Part shown: positions 1-14,497 of the stretch, piece by piece | Layout of the letters: each line of letters starts with the position of its first letter | How positions within the stretch are numbered: the stretch's first letter is position 1 | NCBI GenBank assembly: GCA_964016885.1 | Contig: OZ024743.1 | Span: forward strand, 202,616,001 to 202,680,000 | Length of the DNA stretch: 64,000 nt | From: Eledone cirrhosa | Taxonomy: Eukaryota | Direction of reading: 5' to 3' | The notes under the pieces: model-generated | The model's input: only the letters and a program-made list of their open reading frames with translations | What the model was told of the DNA's origin: nothing | The model's database searches: none | Made by a program: the position numbers and the translations under genes

Positions 1-565
1 AACGCCACCATCTTGAAGTCTCCAATGTTTTCCCAATTGTACTGGTTGTATTGCAGAGCGTCTTAGAGGACTTTCACACTAGTAATCTTCCTTTAGGCAG
101 GCTGAATGAGCTAGGGGCAGTGTCGGGAACTTGTTACCATTGTGGAGAAGGACAGCCTTCAAATTTGTGGTGGAGCTGTCTATAAATAGCCTCCACTCTT
201 TGGGCAGAAACGGCACCCAAATAATGTCAAACAGTCCATTAAATCTCTTTAATCCACCTTTTAACAATGTTATACTTTATTGCACTTTTATAATTTTCTT
301 TAGGTATTACTCTTTATTTTCAAATTTTAATTTAACCTGAAACATATATAAACAAATTATTTAACATAAGCAAATTAAATTTACAGACAGTGTAACATCC
401 AACATACAAATAATTCTAGTGAATAGCTTAGAATTTTTACAAACCCAAACATTTAACTGTTTAATAGCACTTTTTTTTTTATTTATTTGGGACCTAAGCA
501 ACACAAAAAAGTGATTACAATCCAGGAACAGAGAAAATATTTTTTTTTTTTTTTGTTACACGGTG
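1..565 (-). mobile_element. Degraded, internally deleted Chapaev/CMC-like DNA transposon (transposase fragment plus one terminus)
   Basis: Minus strand 1-220 reads EWRLFIDSSTTNLKAVLLHNGNKFPTLPLAHS then, after a frameshift, VKVL*DALQYNQYNWENIGDFKMVA, a motif block I recall from Chapaev3-type transposases. The terminus reads CACCGTGTAACAAA on the minus strand from 565. Confidence 0.6.
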
Positions 566-577
566 TTATTAGAACAT

Positions 578-740
578 GTGCGGTGGATTCGCAGTATCGG
601 TAGAGGGTCAGCATATTTGCATCACTTTACGGTCTGAGTTCAAATCCCGTCGAGGTTTCATCCTTACGGTGTCGATGGAATAAAGCACCATTAATGCATT
701 GGGATAATTGCTGGCTTTGTGCCAAAAGTAGAAACAATTA
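578..740 (+). mobile_element. tRNA-derived SINE (Meta-domain-like), diverged copy
   Basis: A-box-like gcagtatcggtagag, B-box gagttcaaatccc, core catccttacggtgtcgat and 3' end agtagaaacaatta, shared with more than 10 copies in the window. Confidence 0.8.
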
Positions 741-2171
741 TGAAAACATTTGCATTTCACCAGCCATCTTTATTCATATATTTCCTCAAAGAAGCCCATC
801 GGACCATAAACATTATACTCCATTTTGTTTTTCTCTTTGGGAAAAGGGATTTTAATTATGAAATATCAATAAATATGAGGTAGAAATGTGAAATTTTGTC
901 TTATTTATTGCCCTTTTTTTTCAATATTTTGTATCTAACTTGCATATGTTTCTTTGTATGTGTGTGAGTGTGCGAATGGCTTCTGGGCAATTTATGCTTC
1001 GCAAATTCATTTACATGTCATTTGTTCACACAAATTTCTGGTGGATGACACTTGCTTAATGTGTTGTGTAGATGGATTAAACTCAGCCCTGTGGATGCAT
1101 ATTAACTTTCTGAAATACGACACGATGATTAATCATAGAGTTTGAAAAAATTCAGAATAGGATTTAAAATTAGAAGAATACGGTTAGTTATATCAGGTTT
1201 AAAATATATTATATTCTCATATGGAATACTGAAAAGAAGTATATAATTAACATTGGCCTCTTTTGTGTAAGCAAATTTATGTATATATATATGCAGGAAT
1301 ATGCATATATATATGCAAAACTATGTAAGCATGAGTCATTATATACAAGTTTATGAAGATATATGCGAGTATTTAAAGACATGGTAACATGTATTCATTA
1401 ATATATAGAATAATGAACATTTGTATCTAAATATACATAAAATGTTTGGGCAAATAGGATGTTTCATATGATATAGATTATAACATATAACATTTCGTTT
1501 TCAGTGACACAAATTTATTCATGAAATGCAAAGAAATTCATGCGCTTGAGATACAATATTTTCGTCAGTGTTAACAGGTGTAAGATATGCATATTACGTT
1601 AATATTATATACAAATAAACCTATACACGTTTGTATGTATATATATATATACATATTTCTCTTAATTACCTGTATACAAACAGAGAGAGGGGTGTGAAGG
1701 GAACATAAATATTCCAGTAGCATATTCATAAGCAATGAGTTGTCATGATTACATAACCAATTCCTTTTCATAGGCGGTACCAGATGAAAGAATGACAACA
1801 TTGAAGTGTGTGGGATTTGAGACTGGCTTGTAAAGAGCAGAATCAAATACCACAGACGCTCTAACATTTCTACCAATCCATTACATTAATAAGAACATTG
1901 GCAATGACAATAATAGTAATAGTATTCCTTTCTCTATTACATACAAGGTATCACACAGAAAATACAAGAAACACTATAAGGTGTAGGCTAAAATACGCGT
2001 GGGCGCAGGTCAAACAGGCTTATATAAAACGAGTTTGATTTTGTACAACAGAGGAATAAGATTTGATGAAACATGAAATAAGAAGAAAGATTCTATAACA
2101 CTCAATAATTCGAATAAGTTATATTGTAAAAGATGAACAACATTGGCTTAATCTGAACATACTGACTGCCA

Positions 2172-2350
2172 TGAATTGGCAGTGTCGGTAGAGGGTCGGA
2201 CATGCTTTCCAGCATAGTTACTTCCCTTTACGATCTGAGTTCAAATCCCGCCGAGGTTAACTTTGCCTTTCATCCTTACACGGTCGATAAAATAAAGTAC
2301 CAGTAATGTACTGGGTATTTGCTGGCCTTGTGCTAAAAGAAGAAACAATA
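2172..2350 (+). mobile_element. tRNA-derived SINE, same family
   Basis: tggcagtgtcggtagag...gagttcaaatcccgccgaggttaactttgcctttcatcc...agaaacaata. Confidence 0.85.
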
Positions 2351-2439
2351 TATTATATATGTAACGGCGATCAACGAAATCACCATAAGCAATTTTGCGG
2401 TCGCTTTGATGATGAAAGAGTCTATATATCCTAAAGAAA

Positions 2440-3110
2440 AGAATTTTATTCATTCTGATATGGTCTCACTGTTGAAACTCGAATTCTGTCTTTCCGAAAC
2501 CTAGGTAGAACTTCACCAATACCTGTTCCTTCCACATATTTGATAGCTGTACCACTACAAATCCATATATATATTTGCTAGAAGGCAGCATTTCCCTGGT
2601 TCTTCTCATGAAGTGAAACTTGAAAAACTGGTAAGAACTTGGCAAAATAAGAATGTGTCTATCATCAGCCCATTCTAATCTTTGTATCACTTTCTGGGGC
2701 CATGGCCACCAAAGAAAGAAAACCTACGTAGTAGCTATCCCGGCCAAAAGAAGATGGTGGGATGATCTTCTCGATGAAATCAATTCGTAGCCGAATCTGT
2801 TCTACAGTCATCGTAACTGCTAGGCATATCCCTATTAGTCAGCAATTCCCGGGCACTGGATGAGTGCGTGTATACATGGTTCGTACACCTTGAACAGGCT
2901 CAGCTGAGAGTGCATTGGTGACCTTAAAGTTCATCGCAAACTGGCAAAGGGCTGATGTAGAACTGCCCGATTGCTGGAAATTATCCACAGACTAATTACT
3001 GAATTTCCTCCTGAAAACAATAGCCAGTTCATTATCCTTGACAATCTGGTCTTGTTGGAGAATGTTGTGGCTATTGTCCTCTAATAATTCTCTAAAAACC
3101 AATCATTCAC
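2440..3110 (-). pseudogene. Degraded L1/Tx1-like LINE ORF2 3' fragment
   Basis: Minus strand gives DNFQQS..PLPVCDEL*..ACSRC..HALIQCPGIA across frameshifts, resembling the C-terminal CCHC zinc knuckle region of L1/Tx1 ORF2. Confidence 0.4.
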
Positions 3111-3249
3111 GTAGAGGGTATTAACAGAAGTCGAACAGAAGGAGAAAGAAGAAGCAGAAAAGATGATATACAACAAGTAAACCATTTGACCTAATCAAGT
3201 AACATAAGTACTAAAACATCAGCAACTTGTCATCACCCTCCACCACCAT

Positions 3250-3250
<1 letters not shown>

Positions 3251-3313
<63 letters not shown>

Positions 3314-3358
3314 GTTGCTGCTGCTGCTGCTGATACTGCTACAACTACTACTACTACT
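3251..3358. repeat. (ACT)n/(GCT)n trinucleotide microsatellite
   Basis: Directly visible; explains the poly-Thr ORF 3227-3532. Confidence 0.95.
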
Positions 3359-3894
3359 CAACATCATGAGAGAATAATCAGTAAAGCGTCAACTAACACA
3401 ACATCATCGTCCTCGATTATAACTAATACTAATACTAATTTTTCTTCTACTACTATAACCACAGTAAACCAATCTCAACTCCACACAGTCAGTTCGCTAA
3501 ATTTCACAGTTTTAATTACCACTTCATTTTGAAACTGTTCGATCGAAAGCAATCAATTTGCCGTAAAAACAGAATCTGCCTGAACAACATTGATTGGCGT
3601 GCGAATTCATTAGAGTTTTTAAGAAAACCAAATCCAATTTCCTTTCTACGATGAGTGGAATCTGTTTTATAAATAATATTGATTACTTGTCTAGCCACAA
3701 AAGTCGTCAAATTTACAGAATGCCAATTTTGAAAATTCTATAATATTCTTGAGTCTCTTTTAGGAGAGGTCAGCCGAGGTGTAAAAGCGAAAATTAACTT
3801 ACACTGAATGAGAATTGAAACCAAAAGAGAACTGGATTTGCTGCGTTTCTAACTGCGCAGCATCTTGTACAAACACATATGTATATATATATTT

Positions 3895-3925
<31 letters not shown>

Positions 3926-6100
3926 CATAAAGTTTAATAAAGAAATGGCTTCTACAGGACTAGAATTGTTTCATTCAAAATAAATCACCAGGTTGATTTC
4001 TTTTAAATGAAACAGTTCTGGACTGAGAGACACAACATACTTCCTCAAAATAATAATAATAATAACACACAGGCAAAGGGCCAGCCCCCAGAGAGGTAGA
4101 AGACAATAAAATTATATCTAGATAAAGAAGGGGCGTGTGGAAGAGGGGTAAACAGAGAAAAAGAGAAAGAAAGAATGAAAGGGTATTGAGACAAAACAAA
4201 GAATAGAGGAGGAAGTTTGTCACTCAAAAGATGTCACGTGTTAAGTTAATAGCTATAAATATCACATCAGCATAACATTCACACAGTTACATAAGAAGAA
4301 CAGGCAGTCTATTTCGAATAAAATATTTTGCCGTTAAAATAGGTTGAAAAAATACAGAATACCACAATTGGTTTAGAAATCACGCTCCAGAAATTATACA
4401 TCAAGTACCGTATGCACTCAACCATTTCATATCTAACTGTGGATATTGCTTTCTAACACACGTAATTACCATCTATCATTCCTTGTTATTTGCATTCTTC
4501 TATCTGGATTGATATCGTTGGCGAAATCTAATATGGCAGCTGTCACTTGTTCGCTGATTTACAAATGGTTTGATGTGATTCTTCATGACACTACGGCTAT
4601 TTAACGACACAGAATCTTACAATCTTTTTGTTTTAGATTCATACCGATTATACGATCTGGAAGTCATAGAAAACAACATATTAGCTGGAAAATGGCCAAA
4701 TGTTTTGTGTTATCGTAAAATAAATGACTGATTTGAATATATTGACATACTAAATGGGTTGTTACATTAGGAAGTATACATAATCATGTCTTCATAAGCT
4801 AAATTAAATGTCCACATTTAGTATACCAAGATAGCCAATGTCGCTGAAGACAATAAGACAACAGTCAGAGATCAGAAGAAACGAGGGCGAAGGTTGTCAT
4901 GAACAGTGGGATTTCATCGTGACAATGACACTAGTAAGACGCTAGTAATTTAGATGTAAACTGATTTCATGGTGAGGTAGTACTATAGAATGTAGAAAGA
5001 GAACATAATGTATAATATTTATCTTGTATTGGTACATTGTTGTCAATTAATGTTGTTAAATAATGGTATTCAATTATCTACAAGAACTGATGTTTAGACT
5101 GATGTTTAGCTGCTCTTCAACTCATATTTTGATCACTTTCTATCATTGACAAATACATTATCCAATGAGACATTCATGTTTGTAGTTGGGTGTAATTTAT
5201 ATTTAATTTAGCAGTCTTATGTAATTGGATGAACGACATTCCTAAGGCTTCTTATAGCTATAACTAATACACAACAATAACTGTTCGTGTTATCCTAAAA
5301 TAGCCTTAATACGTCAACCAGAGTAATATCACCGCTGGCACTTAGATAACTTTAACGGAGTTCAATCTGTTTCAAGCACTCGAATCAATTCCGAAACCCA
5401 TTGATACATTTCTCGATTCCTCAAAACATTGTGAGAATCTCTAAAAAGCTTATGGTTGTGGCAATACTTCCTTTGATAAGCCATTAAAAAGAGATTGGCT
5501 TTAATAATATGCCTCGGGAATATAGCTAAACAAGAAGAGCAGTAACGTTATCTTAATGTACTGAAGAATTTCAATGTCTTAAAATGGCGGTCAGCTTCCG
5601 GCAAACTGCATTTGCTATGACTGTTCAATTTCCTATTTTATCAGTTCACTACACTTATTGCTTATCCCTGTGCTTTTTTGACATAATCAATAACCCGAAG
5701 ACTGCAATATATAGCGCAAAGGATTTAAGTATTGCCAACATACTTTAACGGAAGCGTTTCGATTTGGATGATTCAACGAATTTGAAGGGTTAACCCAATT
5801 ATTTGTTGCCATGCTCTGAATAATAAATATCTATATTCTATATTGAGATACTTGCGAAATAACTTATATTTGTTCAGTAAATGATTGGCATGGATACAAC
5901 GTTTACAGATACAGTAAACCAAATCCAAACAAGTAAAATTATGTACCAATCTGACCGAAAGGAAATGAATACATAGAAGAAATAAGTCTTTTGTGTTTTA
6001 CTCACTATTCTGTCCCCCCCATCTGTCTCTGTCTCTTTCATGAATTCGCCGCGCCTCTCTCTCCCTCTCTCTATATATATATGTATATATATGTATATAT

Positions 6101-6146
<46 letters not shown>

Positions 6147-7425
6147 CGATGGTTTATTCAACTGACCTACCTACTCGTTGAATTGGCGCTTATTCGATCG
6201 AGTGTTCTATGGATACATATATACTTAATGTAATACTTGAGCTGAAGCAGTGTGAAATATTTAGTAGTAAGGCAACTTCATAGAGCTCGATTGATCTTTG
6301 TGTTAGGACACGAGTAAATTTTATATATGTTCATCTATATATGAGGTTAATTTACTTTAAATAGAACTTCATTTGTTTTGTCCGTTCGACACATCAATCT
6401 GCCATACATGGTAGTGGTTTAAAAGTAAATGAAATGGAATGCCTGTGGGAAAAAGCCAGATTAATTCCAACGCAGAATTGGAAATCTAGAGTCACTGAGA
6501 GATCGCAAGTAACATGTGCGCACTGCTAAGTTAAATACATTCAGGAAGGGAGAAAAGTCTTATTAGTTTTATGTTACGAAATAACTCCATATAACTTATG
6601 AATTATAATTAAAGGTGAACTCATCTAGAAATGCTCTTATGGATAGAAACAATTATATATTTCAGGTTACTTCCCCTGTTTTAGGCATCTCCATATCACC
6701 AACTAGATTTGTCCTAATCCCGTCCTAATCAACTTGATGTCATTGTGGCATTAACATTTTTTTTTAATGAGATAAAGCCTGTACTATGAAAATACAATAG
6801 TATACATAAACAAACTCATTAACTGCTTAATGAACACATCCACAAGGATATGGTCCGAACGTGGAAGAGCCGAACATCCACTCTCACCGCCGCCCTCAAG
6901 GGAAACGCCTTCTCCATTCTCTCCGCCAGGGCAGTGGGGAGGCCAGCACGTGGGACCCCCTTTGCTCACCATATAGAGAAATTCTCTTATTGTAGCAAAA
7001 CTATAATTTTAATGACAAAAGCCACACCTAAATGAATAACACACGAGAGTGACTCCAAAGATTTACTCTATTCTGTAAACAATCATTTCATACAAAGCTG
7101 CTTACATATACGGAAAACTGCAGCGCCACTCGAAGAAATGGTCCGGATTATAATCATTAGTTATCTCAAAGATTAACAAATACAGACAAACACAAACACA
7201 CATATGTATGTATGGAGGTATGTATGTGTGAACGCCACATTTGTTATTGTTTTACCTGAAACATCTGTAGCAAATTATCTAAGTACAGTATATTTTATAT
7301 ATACAAACACACACACACATATATATATATAGTAATAATAATAAATTTGAAGACTAAAATCCAAAGAGGGCTCGATAAGGATAAATATATATCAAATATA
7401 TAAGAACCGTAGAGCAAATATTGAT

Positions 7426-7751
<326 letters not shown>

Positions 7752-7820
7752 AATATATATATATGAGAGTGTGGGGTTGTACGTGTGTATGTGGGTGTGC
7801 GCGTTCATTTCTCTCTCTCA

Positions 7821-7889
<69 letters not shown>

Positions 7890-9825
7890 CGATATGTTGA
7901 GACTCACTCATGTCTTCAACCTTCGTAGGATAATGAACAACTCTCTGGCTATTATTCCACATAATTAACTTTTCTTTAAACTAGTTAATGAACAGATATG
8001 TGACATGAATCTTTTACAACTAAAATATGTTTAGTCATTAGCTATTCATACTCCTAGAAATTCTAACCTTTGTTGCTTTACAATCTGACACTTTAACAGA
8101 CGTCTGATAATAGCAATATTGTGTTGCGACCTTTCCCACGAGAAGATGAGTAAATTGAAAGAATAGAAATGTGTGATAATATTGCTATCATAGTAACACA
8201 CAAACTGTTTTGAAGTTTTACTACAAAGATGATCCCTTATAATACTTTCGTAAATGACGTCTTTATTTAATTGTTTGAGATACCGACTAAATAGATAGAG
8301 AGGGTGGGGGGAGAAATGTGTGAGTTTGTGTAGTAAAATATCGGTGAATGTGAAAAAGGAAGAGACGCAAAAGAGTGCGCAATCTGGTGCAAGAGTGGAT
8401 ATATGATGGACCTGGGAAGCGTAGGTCGTCCCCTTTGTTCTGTGCATGTAAATTTCAAGTTGAGCTAACTTACACAACTCCATATACAAATCAAGCTAAT
8501 CAACCCATCTACACAGGCAGAAAAACTATAGTTTCGCCTGTTTCATTTTCCAGCAGAGAGCAGAGTAAGCACTGTTTTGATCATGACCAGAGCCTGAACT
8601 ATACATTGACTGGAGCACTTTTTTAGAGATCTTTGACAGATCTTCGGCAAGTTTCTGTGGAGAGACCCAAAGATTGGCTTCCTCGGCGTCGTGATTACTT
8701 TGGGCGCTGTTTATCAGACTCCTGGACCATCCAATAATTTCCTGTATACCTTGCCTGGATCACCCAGGATGTGTGGGACGTTCCTCAGAAATTATATATT
8801 TTTATATATATCTATGGTATCAATAATGTCATTGATACGACATTGTCAGACAGTTATTATGCCATTTTTTAATAATGCGATATGTCCCTGTCGATTATGT
8901 TTGATTAAGATAGGAATCTTGGTAAAAGGTACCCTAGCTAGTACCACTTGGGGGACGTCCACCAGAACCATTGTTTGATTGTAATTTACCTATGTTCGGA
9001 TCTAAATTCTGACCTCCTTATTAATAATTAGAAGGGTAATTGACATTTTATGTATATTTCAAGTTTATTATTAGACGTCAATCAGGTGGCGGGAGCTTTA
9101 TTTATTGACACCCGGTCTAAGAAATGGCTGGTAATTCCAGGATCCCAGGCAATTATAAATTCCATTAGTCGGTGGGCGTGTTTTAATATGTATATCAAAT
9201 TTTGTTTAACCTGATAACACAAATAGAAGTGTTGCGGAGTGATATTCAAAATAGTAGAATATCAGCAACGGGAACAACATCAACACCAACGACAGCAACA
9301 ACAGCCACAACATTATCAACAGAGGAATGATGGATAAGCATGAGAAGCATAATACTTATTTGATCGTATTATAGACCAAGCATTTTCCGTATTATCAAAT
9401 GCCCTTTTAGCGTGGTATAGACAAGGGATGGATATGAGTGAGTAAATATGAATTGATATGAATGTAAGTATAAAAATAATCAGGACCATATTAAAAAAAT
9501 GAATATATACCTTTATAAGGCACAAGCAAGATGCAAAGAACAAAAGAAATCCTCGAGGTAACAAGCCAAGCATGATGATTCTAACAGTGGCAAAATAGTC
9601 CTCTAGCATTGCATGTGTCCGAAGAACCCGCAGCTGTAGAATCAGACAGATCCATACAATGATCGTGTCTCGAGCCATCTGCCGGCGAAACAATTGTAAC
9701 ACACAATAAACTGAGTCTAGATGCATCACTGACATTTCGTTTTGTATTATATCACACTCTGCTCTGTAAGAACATAGAGTGCTCAACTGGCATACCGCCT
9801 ATAGAAGCACTCTAACTACCATTAA

Positions 9826-9883
<58 letters not shown>

Positions 9884-10294
9884 GACTAAGGAGAAAAATT
9901 AGGTAAATTTTATCTGACTGTTCTTCAAACTTATATTTTTTATATATAATATATGTAGATATATGATGTCTCGGAAGCCCTTATTAACCTACACACCAGG
10001 GAAGTGTTGGAAATTGCATCAACTCCAAATTTCCACGCTGGGAAACACGTGTTAGTTGTAAATCTATATCATAAGAACACGGGTTACGGAAATACAATCA
10101 CGTAGGAATCCATCCCCTTATCAATATCTCATATTAAAATTAACTGAAGTTAATATCTAATGAACTTGTGTTGGTAGTTAGGTTATGATTGCATTGAGTA
10201 ATCATGAAATCCATAAAAATGTGCATTGCAGTAGAATCTGATTACCATGTGTTAGAACTTTGTACATCTGGCCCTTATACATATAATTAGGTAG

Positions 10295-10478
10295 TTGATT
10301 GGCAGTATAGGTAGAGAGTCGGACGCCATACTTTGCAGTATAGATTTATGTCCCTTTACATTCTGAGTTCAAATCCTGTCGAGGTTAACTTTGCCTTTCT
10401 TCCTTACGAGGTCGATAAGATAAAATACCATTAATGCACTGGGAAATTGCTGGCCTTGTGCCAAAAGTAGAAACAATT
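10295..10478 (+). mobile_element. tRNA-derived SINE, same family
   Basis: Full A-box, B-box, core and 3' end match the other copies. Confidence 0.85.
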
Positions 10479-10599
10479 ATTGTATGTATTCTCTGCCGTG
10501 GACTTCCAAATAGTTTCGGAAGGGTACATATGTCATCAAATGCTTGACTTTAATTGTATCACACTTTACAGATAGTAGTACATACACAGCCTGTTTGGT

Positions 10600-10655
<56 letters not shown>

Positions 10656-10684
10656 CTCTCACACATTCTCACACTGCCCCCACC

Positions 10685-10734
<50 letters not shown>

Positions 10735-12770
10735 CTTTTAATATGTTTTGTAAGATTTCTTATCTTTAATTTGTAGATTAAATGGAGCATTATACCAAGT
10801 AACTCGTCTATTACGGTTTCGATGTTGTTTTCTATATTTATACGATGTATCAGGATGTTTATTATGAGAGTTAGTATTAGTGAATTTATTATATATAGGT
10901 TTAGTTAGATTAACTGATTTAGGTGTTTTAGTCTGATTATTAGGAATTTTGTTAGTAATATTATTAACGTATATTGGAGTATTAAGATGAATGGTTTTTC
11001 GAAAGTTATTATATTTTATGTGAGCAGAGGTAGAGAAATTAAGTTTTAGGTTGGTATTTCGGGGTGTAGTGTGAGTGGCATTTAGGTGTGTGCTTTCCAT
11101 TTGGTGTTTGTTGGTAATATTGGGTTGTATGTTTGAAGTATTATTGGTGCAAGGTATATAGACTAATTTGTTTCTGTGTCCGCTTCGAGCTAAAGCTTCT
11201 TTATAAACATCCTGATACATCGTATAAATATAGAGAACAACATCGACACCGTAATAGACGAGTTACTTGGTATAATGCTCCATTTAATCTACAAATTAAA
11301 GATAATATCCCTAAAATATGTTTACTATCCTAGAGAAACACTTCCCGCCAAACCATAAATACAATCAAATTTTAAATAGATCAACTGTCAAACTTTCCTA
11401 CGCCACTACTAAAAGTATACAACAAAATATAAGTGCGTACAATGCATATAAATGTAAAAAGAAAATCACGAATATACCACCAACACATCAAACCAACCAT
11501 AATACTAAAATAAACCGCAACAAACCACCATCTCCTTCACATATAACAAGTCGGAGTAAATTCCACACCAAATTTGACTAACTCCCCTGATATAATATTC
11601 ACAAATGGTTGTAACTGTAGAAATAAAAGAAAAAAGAAATTGCCCATTAAAGGGAAATTGTCTTATTAATAACATAGTATATAAATGTAAAATTAGACAC
11701 TAAGGACTCAACTTATTCATATATAGGAGCTCTGTCTAACCAATTTAAAGTAAGATTTAATACCTACAAACATAGTTTTTAAAATGCCGCATTAGCTAAT
11801 ACAACATCCTCCTTGGCTGAAATAATTAATAATTATAGAAAAAAGAATATCGATTACAACCTGACCTGGAGTGTGCTCAAAAGGGCCACCCCTTATCAGA
11901 ATAACAGATATGAGTGTAGATTATGCTCGCAGGAAATTTTTGAAATAATGAAATCTAAGGATATCCTCTTAAATAAGCGACAAGAATTAATTATATCTTG
12001 CAATCATAGAATTAGAAGAACTTTCAAATATTATAAACCTAATTAATATACACCTTACACTTATATTTTACATATTATTATAATTAGTTTTTTTTAATTT
12101 AGTTAACCTATACTTAGTACTTTACTACAGAGAACTTCATAATTGTATTTCCCTCTTACTCTTTTCTTAAAATTAATACCTAAAACTATACATATAAATT
12201 AATTTAATTTCCTGTTATGAATCTAGATTCCGTGTTGTCTATATAAGATTGGTATTTCTCACTACTACATTTATCCCACAATTTTAATTTTCTTCGTTTT
12301 TAACAACATTTTTAATAACATCTAACTCTTATTTATCACATCCATATGAATTAATATAAATTTATCCCTATAAGTATGCCTATCAATTAATGTAATTTCT
12401 TGTTATAGATCTAAATCCCTTGTGTTTTAAATAAGATTGGTATTTCTCACTAACACCTTTAGCCTGAAATGTTATTCTCCTTCGGTTTTAACATTAACAT
12501 TATTCTTTAATAACATGAAATTTTCGTGTACCCTTCACCGGTTGACCTCTTTTCATCCCAAAGTATTCTTTTCATTCAAAGTATTCTTTCCATTCAAAAT
12601 TTAAGTCTGCATTCCTCTACCCCTAAATTAAATTTCTACTACTACTATTCTATCAACTTGACTTCTTACTACTTTTCCATTGGTCAATTCAAAACATGTT
12701 CCCAAACAGACCTATTATATTAAATCTTTGTTGTTTTTTTTCAATAAACAAATATCATTATTTCTGAAGA

Positions 12771-13064
12771 GGTTAACTTTGCCTTTCATCATTACGGGGT
12801 CGATAAAATAAAGTACCAGTAATGCACTGGGTAATTGCTGGCCTTGTGCCAAAAGTAGAAACAATTATTTCTTAAGGGCGGTGAATTGGCAGTGCCGGTA
12901 GAGGGTTGGACGTCATGCTTTCTAGCATAGTTACGTCCCTTTATGGTCTGAGTTCAAATCCTCTCGAGGTTAACTTTGCTTTTCATCCTTACGGGGTCGA
13001 TAAAATAAAGTCCCAGTAATCTACTGGGTAATTTCTGGCATTGTGCCAAAAGTAGAAACAATTA
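12771..13064 (+). mobile_element. Partial plus full tandem SINE insertion with 14-bp TSD attatttctgaaga
   Basis: 3' half copy 12771-12867 followed by a full copy 12874-13064; TSD at 12757-12770 and 13061-13074. Confidence 0.85.
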
Positions 13065-13192
13065 TTTCTGAAGACAGCATATATATATGAAGGTAGGTAT
13101 ATTTCCTCTGATAGTTTGTAACATTTTTACAGAGATCTATATGGTATCCCTACCAACACACATATCTATCCTAGAAACGATCGTAAAATGAT
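13061..13192 (+). ncRNA. Type I hammerhead ribozyme with ~100-nt stem II (family F)
   Basis: attattt-CTGAAGA(13068-74)-long stem II (ggtagg/cctacc, ctctg/cagag)-GAAA(13174-77)-CGATCG-TA-aaatgat; palindromic stem III and GUA site at 13185. Confidence 0.7.
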
Positions 13193-13248
13193 GAATTTTT
13201 TTAATATAAGGAACTTGTTCTTTGTTTGTATTCATTGTTTTTATTAAT

Positions 13249-13310
<62 letters not shown>

Positions 13311-13492
13311 GAAAGGTATATATATATATATATGTATATATATAATATTGAGGGAAATGACAGACTAAGTTCCGCCCGACCAACAGAATTCACCATCAAG
13401 GATAGATGAGTTGCATAACATCGTGTCCTTTTTTTAACATTGCATCATCATGGAACGGCCAATTCTATCCGGTGGTGAACCACCAAACTTCA

Positions 13493-13565
<73 letters not shown>

Positions 13566-13574
13566 CATATATAC

Positions 13575-13615
<41 letters not shown>

Positions 13616-13617
13616 CA

Positions 13618-13795
13618 AATAATTGTTTCTACTATTGGCACATGGCCAGCAATTAACCAGTACATTACTGGTACTTTATTTTATCGACCCCGTAAGGATG
13701 AAAGCAAAGTTAACTTCGGCGGCATTTGAACTCAGAATGGCAAGGGCCGTAACTCTATGCGTCAAACTGACCCTCTACCGATACTGCCAATTCAC
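13618..13795 (-). mobile_element. tRNA-derived SINE, same family
   Basis: Reverse complement of the family consensus. Confidence 0.85.
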
Positions 13796-14392
13796 CATAC
13801 AAATAATGAATCAAAACATATGAAATATGTTTAGAATTTGTACTTTCTCAATAGACAAGCCCAATAAACATTATCTTCAGCCATAATAACCAAATAAAGA
13901 GATATATGTATATATATAAAGAGAAAGGGCCATATATAATAAAGAAACCCAGTCTATTGTATATACACCAAATACATTACTCTATACTAGAATATGTACA
14001 CAGGGGAATCATATGTCTCACCATTCTAAGGGTAATATAGAATGAAGATGGTAAATAAATCAATATACCTGGGAATATCTGATGAGTATCTGAGTCACAT
14101 GTGGTTTAATCATAATCGAGAGTTTGTCTTCGATGATCGAATATATTGATTGAATATTTTTTTCTTAGGATGATCGATTATATTGATCGATTTTTAGCCA
14201 TACTCTCCAGGTATGAAATAGCGCTACAAGGTTTCACTTATGATTATACCTGTGTACATAATCTTCTATAGAATATGTATTAGGTATATATACAATATAC
14301 CGTGTTTCTTGTGCGATATATGGCTCTGTCTCTCTCTGTATATACATATATCTCTTTATTCGGTTATATATGCACACACACACACACACACG

Positions 14393-14497
<105 letters not shown>

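Larger units (their letters stand above)
10758..13250 (+). mobile_element. Decayed Naiad-like Penelope element with 5' inversion (10758-11204 inverted; 11204-12046 linker plus GIY-YIG pseudo-ORF; 3' UTR/pLTR to about 13250)
   Basis: Peptides YKEALARSG, RRVTWYNAPFN, HFPPNHKY..ILNRSTVKLSY, GCNCRNK..CPLKGNC, YIG and CRLCSQE are homologous to the 737-aa ORF, with frameshifts and stops. 10760-10862 is an inverted copy of about 11204-11305. Confidence 0.85.

Noticed and set aside
9981-10062. HHR-like 3' half (ccag..ctgg-GAAA-cacgtg-TT)
   Set aside because: The 5' core reads ctacaca instead of CUGANGA; at best a decayed copy.
13388-13478. Imperfect hairpin considered as a SECIS or HHR
   Set aside because: It lacks the GA quartet partner and the GAAA motif.
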